A stretch of 64,000 nt of DNA from Octopus sinensis (Eukaryota). Below are positions 37,986 to 51,063 of the stretch, one piece after another (within the stretch, counting starts at the first letter, position 1; the number at the start of each line of letters is the position of its first letter). The notes under the pieces are model-generated. The model made no database searches. It saw only the letters and a program-made list of their open reading frames with translations, and was not told the DNA's origin. The stretch lies in NCBI RefSeq assembly GCF_006345805.1, contig NC_043015.1, positions 27,776,001 to 27,840,000 on the forward strand. Reading direction: 5' to 3'. Position numbers and translations under genes: made by a program.

Positions 37986-38340
37986 CTCTCAAAATTGCTC
38001 AATGACGCGCAGTACGGATATAAAATGTTTGATAAAAATATAGATCATTTCATTTACATGGATGATTTAAAGCTCTTTGCAAAAAATGACCAACAACTCA
38101 AGGGCTTACTAGCGATTGTTAAACAATTCAGTGATGACATCAGAATGCAATTAGGCCTCGATAAATGTGCAAATAGGGGCTGCAATAAAGATGGAGCACT
38201 TGCAGAAAACAGCACTTCTTGGAACCGCTCGAATACTCCGTATGTGCTCGAAAAATAAAAGGTGTTACCTTAGTTCACTGGTAGTGAACAGCTGACACCG
38301 TAGTACATCTCCAGCGTTAGAAGCTATGCAAAGACAATGG
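37986..38340 (+). mobile_element. R4/Dong RT fragment joined directly to an R4-type 3' end
   Basis: HFIYMDDLKLFAKND..QFSDDIRMQLGLDKCA to about 38170, then EHLQKTALLGTARIL and a 3' UTR. Confidence 0.8.
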
Positions 38341-38449
38341 AATAAAAATTATAATGGTTTCAAATTTTGGCATAGTGCCAGCAATTGTAGGTCGGTTACA
38401 TCGACCCCGACCCTGCATAATAAAAAACTATAAAGAACTAGCGAAATAG

Positions 38450-40200
38450 TTTCCACTGAATATTTGTATATTTGTAGTTGAATTGCTATTATTGAACAAA
38501 CAATTGGCATTAATGTAGTTGACAGAAAATGTAAAATTATTGGACACTTTAAAAAAAAGTAATTGAAGATTTTGTAATTTATTTGCGTCCAAGTAAAATA
38601 AAGTGGGACCAACTTAAAGAATTCCAATACTGTATTTGTTCAGATTAGAATATATCACAGAATCGTTCTTATTCAAGTTTTACTGCTTTTCTGGTTTACG
38701 TCTGGAAGCTAAATGTTGATGGTTGTACTCCGTTCTTGCTGAGTAATAACTAGAAGTAAATGTTTCATTGTAGAACTATGAGACTTTTGAGAAAGTGGCT
38801 TCACCTGAACATAAGATGAAATGTGTTTGCTATTATTAAGAATCAAATTTTGGAGAATGTTTGGTGGGTGGGTTTTTTTTAATGCAATATTTTATCAGAC
38901 TTGTTTAATTTAAGGCAAAATATAAGAAATTAACAATTATATTTGTTAAATCTAAATACGTAAAAAGTAAATTAAGAACCTTCCTAAATTTACCTATTAA
39001 GCAACCTTTTATATTTTTCAAAATATAAAACTCGTCATCACGATAAATCCTCCATCCAATATCTAGCATTCCTTGTACAAAATCTAGAATATATATAACA
39101 ATAATTTCGTATACATACATCTTATCTCACTCAACGTCACCTATAAATACGTCAAACAAATCTTCGCTATTTTCCCATCTAAGTGGCATTTTCGAAAAAC
39201 AAGGGATATTTCCAGAATGCAAAATAATGTTGATATCTGATTCACTCAAAGATAGAATTAGCTAAAGTCAGAAGTTTTAAAAGGTGTGGCTTATAGACAG
39301 GAGGATAAAAATTAACAGTATCAAGTAAGTTTATAGTTTCGTTTATCATGAATATTTATTTTGAAATCATTCTGTTGCTAACAGGTTATTCCAGAGAGAG
39401 AGAGGTATGTAACTTTTCTATCTCTGAGAATAAGGTTGATAACCATCTTATAATTTCTACCTGAATCTGTTTTGGCAAAATTCATTAGCTTACATTTACG
39501 ATGGTGACAAAAATTACATTATGATTTTTAAGTGTGATATAAGGTAAGTCGAGAGCTAAGAATTCTCTGTATCATCCATTTCAGGTGCCATAGTTATATC
39601 TTTGCCTTTTATGTTGATAGATTTATAGTTATGGAATCTTTTATAGCCGCTGCTTTTAAAACGATGTTATATGTGATTTTTATTTAAGCTAATAAAGATT
39701 TTAATCTTATCAGAAGTAACATGTATTTAATCAGAATTAAGTAAAAAAGATTATCATTTAAATGATATTAGAATCTGTAACTGAATTTCTGGAATTTGTC
39801 ATTATCATACGAAATTAAATAAATCCTTTTCAAACGAATGCGGGCATTTGCTTAGAGACATGCTTCTTTTTGTCTCAATTCTGTATTTATTATTACCATT
39901 AGCATCGGTTTTTCTTTCTCAGAAAAAAAAAACAGTTTGCCACTGCATTCTTCTCATAAGATTCTCTGTTTTCTTAAAGAAACCTTTTAGGCAGTAATTC
40001 ATTGAAAGTACTGGAATATTAACGATGGAAAAATTTAACGGCTACTTTTCCATGTTCATCTGTATTGCTTGAATTCAAGATCGGATTTTTTATACTTGTT
40101 TGCACGGGACAAGATATTTTATTCCATTATTTCAAATCAACAGAGCCGCCATATCGTTTTGAGGTTGTAAAAGTCAATGATATATTCTTTCATATTCTTT
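38450..40200 (-). mobile_element. Degenerate AT-rich Penelope-like element
   Basis: ORF 38905-39120 contains WRIYRDD and YLDL (PLE-type RT motifs); otherwise broken; ends approximate. Confidence 0.6.
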
Positions 40201-40949
40201 TCTCAGAAATTCTTTCTTTAAATAATTATTTTGCTCTTGTTTACTTTCTTCCCGTTTTTCTTCTCGATTTTATTTTCTCTTTTTACCGTATTACTCTCTC
40301 TCTCTTTTTCTCTCTCTGGTTTGCGTTTCTCTTTTATTTTTTGTATTTTTTGCTTTTCTATTATTTTCTCCATTTTTACTCCCTTCTTTTCTCTTTCACT
40401 CTCCTTCGCTCTTTCTTCGTTTTCTCGTGTTATGTGATAAGCGTACCAAACTGTACATTTTTATCAATCAACGAGCAATGGTATTTTGCAAAAGCTATTA
40501 TTCAAAGATATTTGATTTCTTCTTTCTTTTATTTCTCAATCTGTTATTTAGTTTCTTTCTCTTTCTTATTACCTTTGTGTTCTTTTAGTATTTATATCTA
40601 AATATGGTTAGGTTTTTATTGACTGTCTTTCACTTCCCATCATTACTGTAAATTCCCATGCATGTCTGCGACTATCGAATTATGCCGTTAATTTACTTTC
40701 TTTTCAATAATAACCAAACAAAACTTTCTTCTAGTGTTTTGTGTTATACTCAATATATATAGTAACAGCTCTTATGTTTCGTTCTTCAAAATTTGTCCAA
40801 AGATCAGAAATGTGGAACTCCATATTGCAAAAGTAAACTTCAGCTTCAGTAAATATAATATTATAATACTCTTCTTTCATCACAAAGCACCCTCTTTTTA
40901 TCTTTGTTGTGTATATATTTAACTGTTTACATAATATATGCATTTATAG

Positions 40950-41262
40950 ATTGACAGTTATAAAGATATACAGAAGTAAACAAAAGTATATATATATAAT
41001 AGGTAGTATAACTCCAAACTTACAGGGAAAATTCAATTTAGTATTAAATCAAATTTCACAATATAAATATATAATATATATAAATTAGAGAAAAACCACT
41101 ATTATGTAATTCAAACAATGTTAGACTTAAACCATATCATATAGAAAAAATAAAATATATTATGAAACATATATCTAGATCACAAAAAGTACATAATAAT
41201 ATAATAATGAATAAGCATAATATAATAAGTAAAAAGACTACGTACGTTTCGTGGCTATAACA
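40950..41262 (-). mobile_element. PLE-type terminal repeat with 3' half of a hammerhead
   Basis: Minus strand UAUAGCCAC-GAAAC-GUAC-GUA-GUC, and downstream sequence similar to 62520-62720. Confidence 0.6.
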
Positions 41263-41358
41263 CACATTTATACATATAGATATATATACACACAATCCGA
41301 CAACGACTTAACTGGCCGAAACGTCGAGGCCGCTGTCAATAGGATTCTTGTTAGGAAT

Positions 41359-41360
<2 letters not shown>

Positions 41361-41432
<72 letters not shown>
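41361..41432 (+). repeat. (GATA)n, 3' flank of Tx1 element
   Basis: Read directly. Confidence 0.98.
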
Positions 41433-41433
<1 letters not shown>

Positions 41434-41735
41434 CTTTCTTTTATTAGCCACACAGGGCTGAATACAGAGGGGACAAATACAAATGCAGAGCTTTTCTTTT
41501 CGAGGGTGGAAAAAAAGAAAATAAATGTAAGATTGCGATCAAAAGGGATCGAGAGGAGGAAAAAAAAGAAAAAAAAAGAAAATCGTGTATCACAGAAATA
41601 ATGATAAAAACATTGATATAACAAGATTGGGTTCATCCGTGGGAAAAAAGCCTACAGAAAAGACCACGGGAACCTCAGTCAGGGAGGAAATAACCACATG
41701 AGATCAAAATGCTCTCTTTCTTTCTTTTTTACGAT

Positions 41736-44700
41736 CTACAGGATCATGCTCAAAATGGTTTCGTCACTAGCACGCACCATCTTTGCAACATTCACCCATC
41801 TTTTTTTTAATCTTTCGCGAGACAAAACTTCCCTTTCCATTCTCACCTTCCTTTTCAAGTGGTACTTGAAAAAGTTGATGAGCGATTGGCCAGAGAGGTA
41901 AGTGTTTGTCTCTAATCCTTTCGCTCGGGTCCACCACACACATTCTTTCACCATGGCCACCAGTACGATGAAAACTGCCTTGCCTTCCCGGTTGAGGGAA
42001 GGGGGCGGAGCAATTCTCACGATAGACTCGGCCGATAGGCGGATTCGTCCCACACGTGACAGCAGCCGTTCGGCATAAGCCCACAGGTCTGAAATGGTTG
42101 GACATTGCACGAGTGCGTGCAGAACGGTTTCGTCGCTCTGACCGCATCTCGGGCAAGTCGGTCCAGTGTGTCTGGAACCGTGTCTGTAGAGCTTATCCCG
42201 AACAGGTAATGCTTCTCGATAGCACTGCCAGGCCAGGGATCTTTGGTGATTGTTCATAGGTTCCGGCCCGAAAGTTGTCCTGAACAGGCGGGTCAAGTGT
42301 TCCTCGTCGACGCCCAGACTCTGCCCGAGTTCGTCGTCGCACCTCCCCTCCACTAATCCTCTATAGAATGCCTTTGTTGTGATGGAGTCGCACAAGTTCG
42401 ATCCCGGACGGCAGAGTTGCTTGAGAGCAACGCGACACTCGCGGTGCCATTCGCCTAGCCTCGGTCTCTGCTTGATCCATGACTGTAGTTCGTCCAAGGA
42501 GACGAGCTGCGGGAAAGCGCGCCGCACAAAAGGCGACCACACCTGTTCACCGTTGTCTATGAAGCGCCGGAGATGTCGCAGTCTCAGCGCATGTCTGCGC
42601 ATCATCAACCACGGCATGCCCAGCCCTCCATTTAGCGGGTGTTGACAGCAAATGGATCGCCTAACCATCGGAACGTTTCCCTTCCACAAGAAGCGGAAGA
42701 GTATACGTTCCAGTTTGGTGATGGTAGGGTCGAAACAAGGCACGACGGTCAGACGATACTCGATGACGGATGCGATGTACGCGTTCGCCACCTCCGCCCG
42801 ACCTTTTAGGGATAGCTTTCTCTCAGCCCATTTCTGGGTGAGAGTAGCCACCCTAGTCGTTATCTCGCCCCAGTTCTTCTCCATTTGGAGGTCCGGACCG
42901 AACCAGACCCCGAGCAATTGAACCGGTCCGTCCGTCCAGCGTCCCACGATGGAGACGCTGTTGGACGGCATGGGCCTGCTTCTCCAGCTGCCGAGCCGCA
43001 AGCCCACTGACTTTTCCCGGTTAATTTTTGCTCCCGTTACCGCTTCGTATTCTTTTAGTGTCTCGCCGACCAGCTCGATGTGCTGGTAGCTCGACACTAT
43101 GACGGTGACGTCATCCGCATATGCAGACACGCTCCTTCCGCATCCCAGCTCTCGTGGGATGCCCCTCAGCGTCGCCAGTTTCCGCAGTAGTGGCTCAAGA
43201 GACAATACATACAGCAGCGATGAGAGGGGGCATCCCTGACGAACCGAACGCATGATGTTAAAAGGTCTGGATAGATGACCATTTACGCGAACTACTGAGC
43301 GGATGCCGCTGTATAAGGCAGCGATCCAACCGCGGAAAACTGGACCGAAACCAGCCGCTTTAAGGACAGCCTCCAAGTAGTGATGGTCTACCCTATCGAA
43401 GGCTTTTGATTGATCCAAATTGATCAGCGCCCCACCCATGCCAGGATTCTTAACTACCCTGTCTATGATGTAGCGCATCAGATGGAGGTTGTCATGAATA
43501 CTTCTACCCGGCACGGCGCATGTTTGCGCCTTGTCGATTAGTTTCTTGATGACAAGCGCCAACCTCTCGGCTAACACCTTGGCCAAAATTTTCAAATCTG
43601 CGTTGAGCAGAGTGATGGGCCTGAAATTATCTATGACGTCCCCCTTGTTTGGGTCTTTCTTAATCAGTGCCACTGCTCCTCGCTTTACAAAAGCAGGAAT
43701 ACTCCCGTTTTGCTGCCAGTTGCAGTAGACAGCTGCCAAGACGCATCCAAACAAGTCTGGCATATGAAAATAAAGTTCGTAGGGCAGACCATCCAAGCCT
43801 GGTGACTTGTCTCTCGCGCAGCCTACCATCGCATCCTGTACGTCCGCAGCTGTGATAGGCCTTTCACAAGACTCCACCTCTCTTGCTGAGAGTCGTGACA
43901 AGGCATGCAGGTAGGCACTAAAGTCCACTCTGCGTTCTGACCCACCACTTGTCCCAAACAGTTGGGTGAAGTGTTGTTGAAAAGCCCCACACATCCTTTT
44001 AGGCTCGAGCAATTCGCGCCCCTGTTCATCTATAAGAGACTTGATGGTGGCTCTGTTGCCTCGTTGCGTCTCCACCACTCGGGCCTCTTGGGCGGCTCCA
44101 ACTCCTTCGTTCCTCAGAGCACGCATCCTAGCTCTGACAACGCATCCCTCGTGTTTGGCGTTGAGGTGTTGGTCGAGGGCCAATCTCGCCGCCAGCACGT
44201 TGGACGCGATGACAGTTCTAAGTGCCTCTTCTAAAACCTTAACTAATTCTCCCTCTATTCTATTTCGGTCTAATGCTAGGGCTCTACTGTATCTGACTGA
44301 TTCTGCTTTAATTGCTTTTTTAGGGCATACCACCATCTGTTGTTGATGATGGTACCCGTCAAAGCTCTCTTAACTAATGTGCTGATCCGGTCCCTGTAAA
44401 CCTGTCGTGCTGTAAAAGACGCGTTCAGTTTCCAGTAACCAGGACCCTGCCTATGTGTCTTATCTAAGTCAAGTGTACAAGTCACAAACTTGTGATCTGT
44501 GTAACTGACTATATGAAATTGTGGACAACCTACACTATTTTTATCTATTGTCCTACAGAATACTCTATCTAAGTATGATCTGGACGACCCGATGCGGTTA
44601 CTCCATGTCCACATTGGCACATTCGGGTGGTCCAGTCGGTACCTGTCAGACAGTTGGAAACGTCTGAGCAGGTCTTTGAGGCATTTGCATCCCCTTCTAT

Positions 44701-45172
44701 TGCTATCTCTGCCCACGTAGTCTAGATGCGTGTCCAGGGTGGCATTCCAATCCCCCACTAAAAGTAAAGGACGAGACGTTCCCATGAAAGACTCTAGACG
44801 TCGAAAGAAATCTGGTCGGTCTGTTAAGGACGGAGCATAAACTGCTATCAGTCGAAAAGCACACTCATTGCTGCCATCGACATCCAAAACGACCAGCCTA
44901 CCCTCCGGGTCTAGGAAATTTGCTCTTACTTTGAGATCCAGACTCTTCCGGATAAGCACCGCGGTGCCACCTCCGCCCATTCTCGGTAGACACGGAGAAA
45001 AATAAATGTTGAAATGTGTACCGAAAATGTGCTGGAGTGCCCGCAAGCTGTGGAGTCTGGTCTCACTGATGGCTATGATATTCAGATTTAGTGACTTGAT
45101 GTCATTTAACAGGTAGCCTTGTTTCCAAGGCGACCCCAAGCCACGTACATTTATACTGCCTATTCTGAGCAT
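41736..45172 (-). CDS. Tx1 ORF2: APE endonuclease + reverse transcriptase + C-terminal CCHC-like motif; one frameshift at about 44320
   Basis: GSINVRGL, ISETR, VYAP, GDWN, SYLDR, TDH; KSPGLDGLP, LDQSKAFDRV, SVRQGCPLS, YADD, CPRCGQSDETVLHALVQC; ATG at 45172; 1-nt loss in an A run joins the two listed ORFs. Confidence 0.92.
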
Positions 45173-45237
45173 GTTCCGATAAAATTGTGTTTTACACACG
45201 AAAAGAAAGTGCAAAAAAGGAAAGAGAGAGAGAAAAG

Positions 45238-47463
45238 TTACTTGTTGTTCGAAAGTCCTTTGTTTTTCACCTCACGGTCTTCTATGAGGCTTTTGTATAG
45301 TTTTTTTGATGAATACTTTTGAAATCTCCCTACTGCATCAGGGTAAAGAGATTTCAGGGTGCTGTATGTGTTCTGTGTTACGTGTATTATTTTAATGTGT
45401 TGTGGTGGTGTTGTGCGTGGGTGGTTACTTGTTTTTATGTCGTTTTCAGTTATGTTGGTGTTTGACCTAATGTGTTCCATTAGGTCGTGGTTGTTTGTGT
45501 TTATGGCTGTCAACATTGTTGGGGGGTTTGATGATGGTGTGTTTGTGTTGATGTGTTTGTTTTCTGTGGATGTTTTTGTTTCGGGAGTGGTGTATCTTCC
45601 TGCTTTGTTTGTTATCTTTTCTTTTCTTTTTTTTTCCCCTTTTTTCTTCTCCCCCCTGTGGCTATTTGCCAATCTTCTGTGTCTTCTTCGTCTAATGACA
45701 AATCAGAAGAATCAGAGCTTGGAAGAGGGAAAATATTGGGGTCTATTGTAGACTGTGTTGATTTTGTTGTTGGTGTTGGTTGGTGAGCGTTTGGTTGTGG
45801 TGTATGCGGTTTTGGAGGTGGGGTGTGGGTATTTTGTGTTTGAGTGATTGTAGGTATTGTTGTGTTGTTTGGGGTGTCAATTTTGTGGGGATTTGGAGTA
45901 GTAATTGTTTCTTCATTTTCGATGAGTGTCTTTTTGGCAGATGTCCTTGGTTTGGGAGTTGGTTTATTCTTGATTGTTGTTGTTGGTGGTGTTGCTTCTG
46001 TTCTTGGTGCAGTTGGTGTGGTTGTTTGGTTGGTGAGGTTTGTTTTTTGTTGGTTTTCTGTGATTAGTCATGTTCGTGCAAAACGTGGTGTGGGTAGTAA
46101 AACTGGTTTATTTGTTTTTTCCGGCTGCTGTTGTTGTTGCTGTTGTTTTCTTGCGGCAGATTTGCAGTTTTTTTTTAGGTGTTGCTCACTGCCGCATATG
46201 TAGCAACGTGGTCTTCTGCCATCGACGACCACATACAACTTGTGGTCTTCTGATACACATGTCTGGGTGGGTATTTTCTTTATGTCTTCTTGGTTTATAT
46301 GTAGTAGAAATTCTACTTTTTTTCCCACCCAGTTTTTGTGCTCCGTGACCGTGGTTTCTAAAATTGTGAAATCTTTCATTTTCACACATAAGGCCTTTAC
46401 TAGCCATAGATTATTAGCTATTTTTGGGACATTGTTTAAAGTGATCTTAGTCACTTTCTGTCCACGATAGCTTGGTGTCAGTTGAAGTTCATCTGAATGA
46501 AGAGTTAGCGTTGAGAAACGTCTTGCTAACTCTTCAGTGTGGAAGACCACTTGTATTTGTGCGAACTTGTTCCACCAGGTCACATAGTCTTTGTAGCTCC
46601 AGATGGGTTTCAAGCATTTTTCTATTTTGCTTGTGTTAGCCTTCTCTGGACTTTTTGTTTTCTTATTAATTATTTTATAAATAATTGTTCTTTTTTTACA
46701 TCTTCTAATATTTCTTCTGGTATGTTTATTTTTACTATACCATCTACTTCCGTTATTGTAATGTTCGTGTCTTTTATTTGTTGTGCAGTAAAATATATTG
46801 TTGTCTTTTTTCTTTAATCGCCTCGGCGAAATTTGTTGTTGTTTTGTTATTGTTGTTGCTGGTGGTGATGTTGTTGTTGGCTGCAGTTGGTAAAATCGGT
46901 GTATTTGGTTTGATTGTGCAAGTAGGAAGGGGTGGAAAATTACTTGCATAATTTATTTCTGTATTCGAGCAGCTTTTGTCAATTTGTTTGGTGGTCACAG
47001 TCTTTTGTTTATTCACTTCAGTTCTTGTTGTTGGAGTAAAACAGGTCTGAACGGAATTGTTGTTGTTGTTATTGTTGTTTTTGTTGTTGGTGGTGGTGTC
47101 AGTGGCAGAAGAGACAGCCGTGGCAGCAGATGTCGAAATGGTGGCGCAATTTTTATTTTTGTTGTCATTGTTATTGTTGTTGTTGTTGGTAGTTGAGGTA
47201 GTGGATGAGGTGGCGGCGGTGGTGGTGGTGGTGGTGGTGGTGAAGGCGGTGGTGGTAACAGTAGTAGTCTCTATGTTGTTCTTGCTAGTGGTGGTGTTGG
47301 TGATAGGGCTGTTACTACAAGTAGTTGTAGCGTTCATTGCAAAGTCATTGATGATTTTACTTTGCGCGCATAAATTATTTTTTTCTCCTAGCGTTTCCAG
47401 TCTAGGAGAAAGCTGGTCGATAAAGGAACGCGACCATCGTTCTACAATACAATTTCTTGACAT
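45238..47463 (-). pseudogene. Tx1 ORF1 (RNA-binding core + zinc knuckle, low-complexity arms), disrupted
   Basis: KRTIIYK..KFAQIQVVF..PSYRG..VVVDGRRPRCYICGSEQHLKKNC; frameshifts at about 46800-46900 and 45630, in-frame TGA at 46068-46070. Confidence 0.8.
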
Positions 47464-47662
47464 TTTCAAAATGTCGAGAAAGAAATTACAAAAATTAAAT
47501 AGGGTTGAAACTGCCCCTAGGGGCGAATTCCTACCTTGGAAAAGCACTCAAACGAAAGTTGGGTGCCTTACACACCTTATTTACAAAAATGTACACAAAA
47601 TATGGGCTATAAATAGTCAAAATAAACGATTACCTTCGGAGCCGAAGTGACAGCACGTCCAT

Positions 47663-47797
<135 letters not shown>

Positions 47798-49861
47798 GGA
47801 TGGATGTTTTACGAAGTGGAGTGTTCATTGTTCAATATTATGGCACGTGTTCGATGAGTATGAAAGGATAAGTGAAGCAATCTTGAAAATGAACATTGAG
47901 TCTTTATTATTTCGTAAAATTGTACAGTAGTTCGGACATAATGAAAACATTGACAGGTTCTGTCGGGTTGTCGTTTTACCATCATCCGACGGTGTTTATG
48001 ACTTTCGTTGCGTGGCAATCTTTCTCTGGATGGCTAGTTCCTTCAACTGGTCTCGGTGGCTGTTCTCGTCCCTCTCTCCTTAAAAAATTGAATGGTCGCT
48101 ACATGTACAAACATGAACAAATGGTATTTTTCGATGCAACAACACAACTTTTATTCACAACCTGAAACTAATGAGATTCTCGCAAGAGAAAAATACAAAA
48201 TACAAACATGTCATAAAATAATAGTGGTAGAAATCTTATAATAATTCTGCTTGTCATTGCGTTACTTAGCCCGTCGGTATCGTTTTCACGTGATTAGCAA
48301 AAAGGGAGAAAGAAAAGAAGGAGAGAGAAAATGCAGAGAGAAGTGTCCCTGACGTGATGTACGGGGAACGTAATATTTAACTACGTAGTTAGAAAAGAAG
48401 GTAGAGGAGGAGAGTTAAAAATATAATTTTAGCAGAGGAGTGATGTTCTGATGGAGAGGTGAAAAAGAGGCAGTGAGAAAGGGAGAGGGGAGGTGGTGGT
48501 GGTGGTGATTGGATAGTAAAAAGTGTTTTTTAATTGAACTAAGTTTTGCATACCACTTATCACTTAAGGCATGCACATAAGTGCAATTCTGTGAAATATT
48601 CACGCTTATTTGCGTGGCAGATGTATGCAGTTTAACTAAAAGTTGTATCATATGTACAGGATATCTTTTATGGGAAAATGGAAAATTAAGACTGTATAAA
48701 GTATACAAAGTGCATATATGAAATGCATTAAGTAATCATCATATTCCAGTTTCTTTCACTTTTGAATGAATAGCAGATGAGCGACTATCTTTCCATACAG
48801 ACACAACAGTGGCTACGCTTCTGTTTTTTTTTTTCTTTTTGGATAAATTTTTCTGAAATAACCCAAAAGGTGTACCATTAATTCCGTGAAATATTCACGG
48901 GTCCCGCTCGTTAGAATTAATGTAACAGAAAACTGTACAAATGTGAATGCAAGAAAGAAAGTGAGAACACTATTGTCCATAATTAAATTTCGCAGACATA
49001 AAATTGTGCGAATAACAGACAAAAGAGAAAAATTTGTAAACATGATAATAGTAAAAAAAAAATACTCAGAACATATTGGTCTATAGGATTTATTTGCCAT
49101 AAGCACAAAATAATTTTAAATGATACGTATAGGCGTATTTTGCTGGCTATTGCTTTTGGTGACAAGATCTGGAGGAGGTGTAATGACCAGTGTATTATTG
49201 AGAGATGATTGTTAGGGGCGTGTAAAAATGTTCTGTTTATTGTAGATTTCTAGGCCAGAGGTTTAAGTAAGAGAGTGTCGTGAAGCATTCATTTTTGAAG
49301 TTGTTTCGATAGCTCAAGGTAAGAATCTTACTTTCTATTTTCACAAGTTTTATTTCACAATTCATATTCAAATTTACGTAAATAAAAATTATCATGCAAT
49401 GCCGACTCACTGTCAAAGCAGTGCTGCAGTGATTGGCACACCATGGTTCCTTAAAGGTCTTGTATACAAAACATTTTTCGTCACATATCCTGTAACCTCT
49501 TCAGCTATTATACATTTCACGTGTCTCCTCCTGTCTCGTTTAGTTTATTCTGTCTTTCTGTGAACCAAACAAGCCAAAACCTTTATTCATTTTACGTAAG
49601 TCTATATTTATCACTTTATCACTTCTCAGATGTGCAGCAAGGCATGACTGACTTTACATCAGGAAAAATTTCGTTTTTGTTGCAGTCTCGGTGGCAATTT
49701 CATTCTTTTTGCAATCGAATATGTTACAATGCCGACAAACCATGTAATGAAATTGATTTTCGGGAAGAGAACGAAATGCATTAAGCAGAAATTCAATGAT
49801 TATGGGACGATTTTCACTAGGGACGTGTTATCTGCAGACGACTTCATGGTCTTCAACCAGA

Positions 49862-50522
49862 TACGAGATCTGATCAATAAGTAACGAAGCTAAAGCACAC
49901 AGAGTAAAGCCGCTTGACAAATTAACCTTGAACTCTGATGTGCATGCACACTAAGTTTTAACGCCCTAGCTCACTTCTGCTGTTTACAACACTGCTTGGA
50001 AGGAACGTGTTTAGCGTGTGATATTTGCATTGACCATGAATCTGCACCAAATTTTGCCAAAAGCTTGGTGATATAGGCTCAGAGGCCTACACAAAGTTGA
50101 AGAAAGTGTATGGAGAGGAGTGTACGAGCTGAAAAAATGACGATATTTACGAACGTTCTAGGAGACCAGCAACTAGCAGAACTGAGAAAAACATCGCAGA
50201 TGTGTGTGCAGCTGTGAGAGGAAATCGTTGAATCACCATCTGTAAGTTATCAGAGAATGCACAGATTAATCACGGTTCAGTTCAGTCCATTATCATTGAA
50301 GATTTGGGTATGAGATGCGTGTCTGCCAAGTTTGTGCCAAAACTGCTTTCAGCTGATCAAAAAGACCCTCGGGTTTCAGTTGCACAAGATCTTGATTGTG
50401 TCGAGAACGATAAAAACATTTTGAGAACTTTGCGTAGGCCTCTGAGCAGGTTTCGCTAAACTTTTGGAAAAAAATTGATGCTATGATCAATAAGTCCAGA
50501 TACTTATTCATCAGACCACGCA
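49862..50522 (+). mobile_element. Internally deleted mariner element with both TIRs
   Basis: Left TACGAGATCTGATCAATAAGTA, right TACTTATTCATCAGACCACGCA; KFCQKLGD and DLGMRCVSAKFVPKLL remnants. Confidence 0.8.
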
Positions 50523-51011
50523 TATTATAAAGCAATCGTGATAAGTCAGTTTCGTTAATGGGTTGTTGTACTCCTGAGATGAAACTGCTGATTGGTTGAA
50601 TGTAGAACCTAAACATCGAAGTCGTCCGCGAAATTTGAAAACCGACAATTATACGACGATATTTCTCTCTTTCTTTCTACAGATAATGCACTTCTTACCG
50701 CAGTGGTCAATCAGACCAGCTATGAATTGTTATCCATAATTTTACCGTATAGCTTAGAACTGGATGTACAGCTACTTATATGTGTGTACCTATGTAATAT
50801 TTTAAATATAAAATCAGTCACAGGATGCATGCATTGACTCAATATTCAAGTTAAACAACAAACGACACGACCACAAGAAAGGTGGTGGACTTGAATTGCT
50901 GGATAAAACTTATAGAAATATTTCTTGTCTACGTAAGAATTTATTCATTGATTCCTTTGAGTTTCCAATAGTTTCGTGCGATACAGCTTTACTGCCGTTT
51001 TTACTGGGATA

Positions 51012-51063
51012 ACTGCTGGCAGAATCTTTATCACGCCGGGATGCTTAGTGGTATTTTGTCTGT
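51012..51063 (+). mobile_element. tRNA-like head of second SINE family
   Basis: GCTGGCAGAATCTTTATCACGCCGGGATGCTTAGTGGTATTTTGTCTGTC resembles the head of 7294-7506. Confidence 0.55.

Noticed and set aside
41297-41360. Hammerhead-like relic next to the Tx1 target, suggesting Tx1 also targets ribozyme-bearing repeats
   Set aside because: The motif is degenerate, on the opposite strand and separated by the GATA tract; proximity is explained by the high density of both
41767-44346. Several + strand ORFs overlapping Tx1 ORF2 (likewise antisense ORFs over the RTE, Gypsy and CR1 elements)
   Set aside because: Antisense shadows of GC-richer coding sequence
47800-48930. Possible piggyBac-like relic and short palindrome CCGTGAA-ATA-TTCACGG
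   Set aside because: No convincing transposase motif or paired TIRs seen by eye
49462-49509. Minus-strand CUGAAGA-GGUUAC-loop-GUGAC-GAAAAAUGUUUU
   Set aside because: Stem II plausible, but stem I does not pair next to the core; at best an old relic, could be chance
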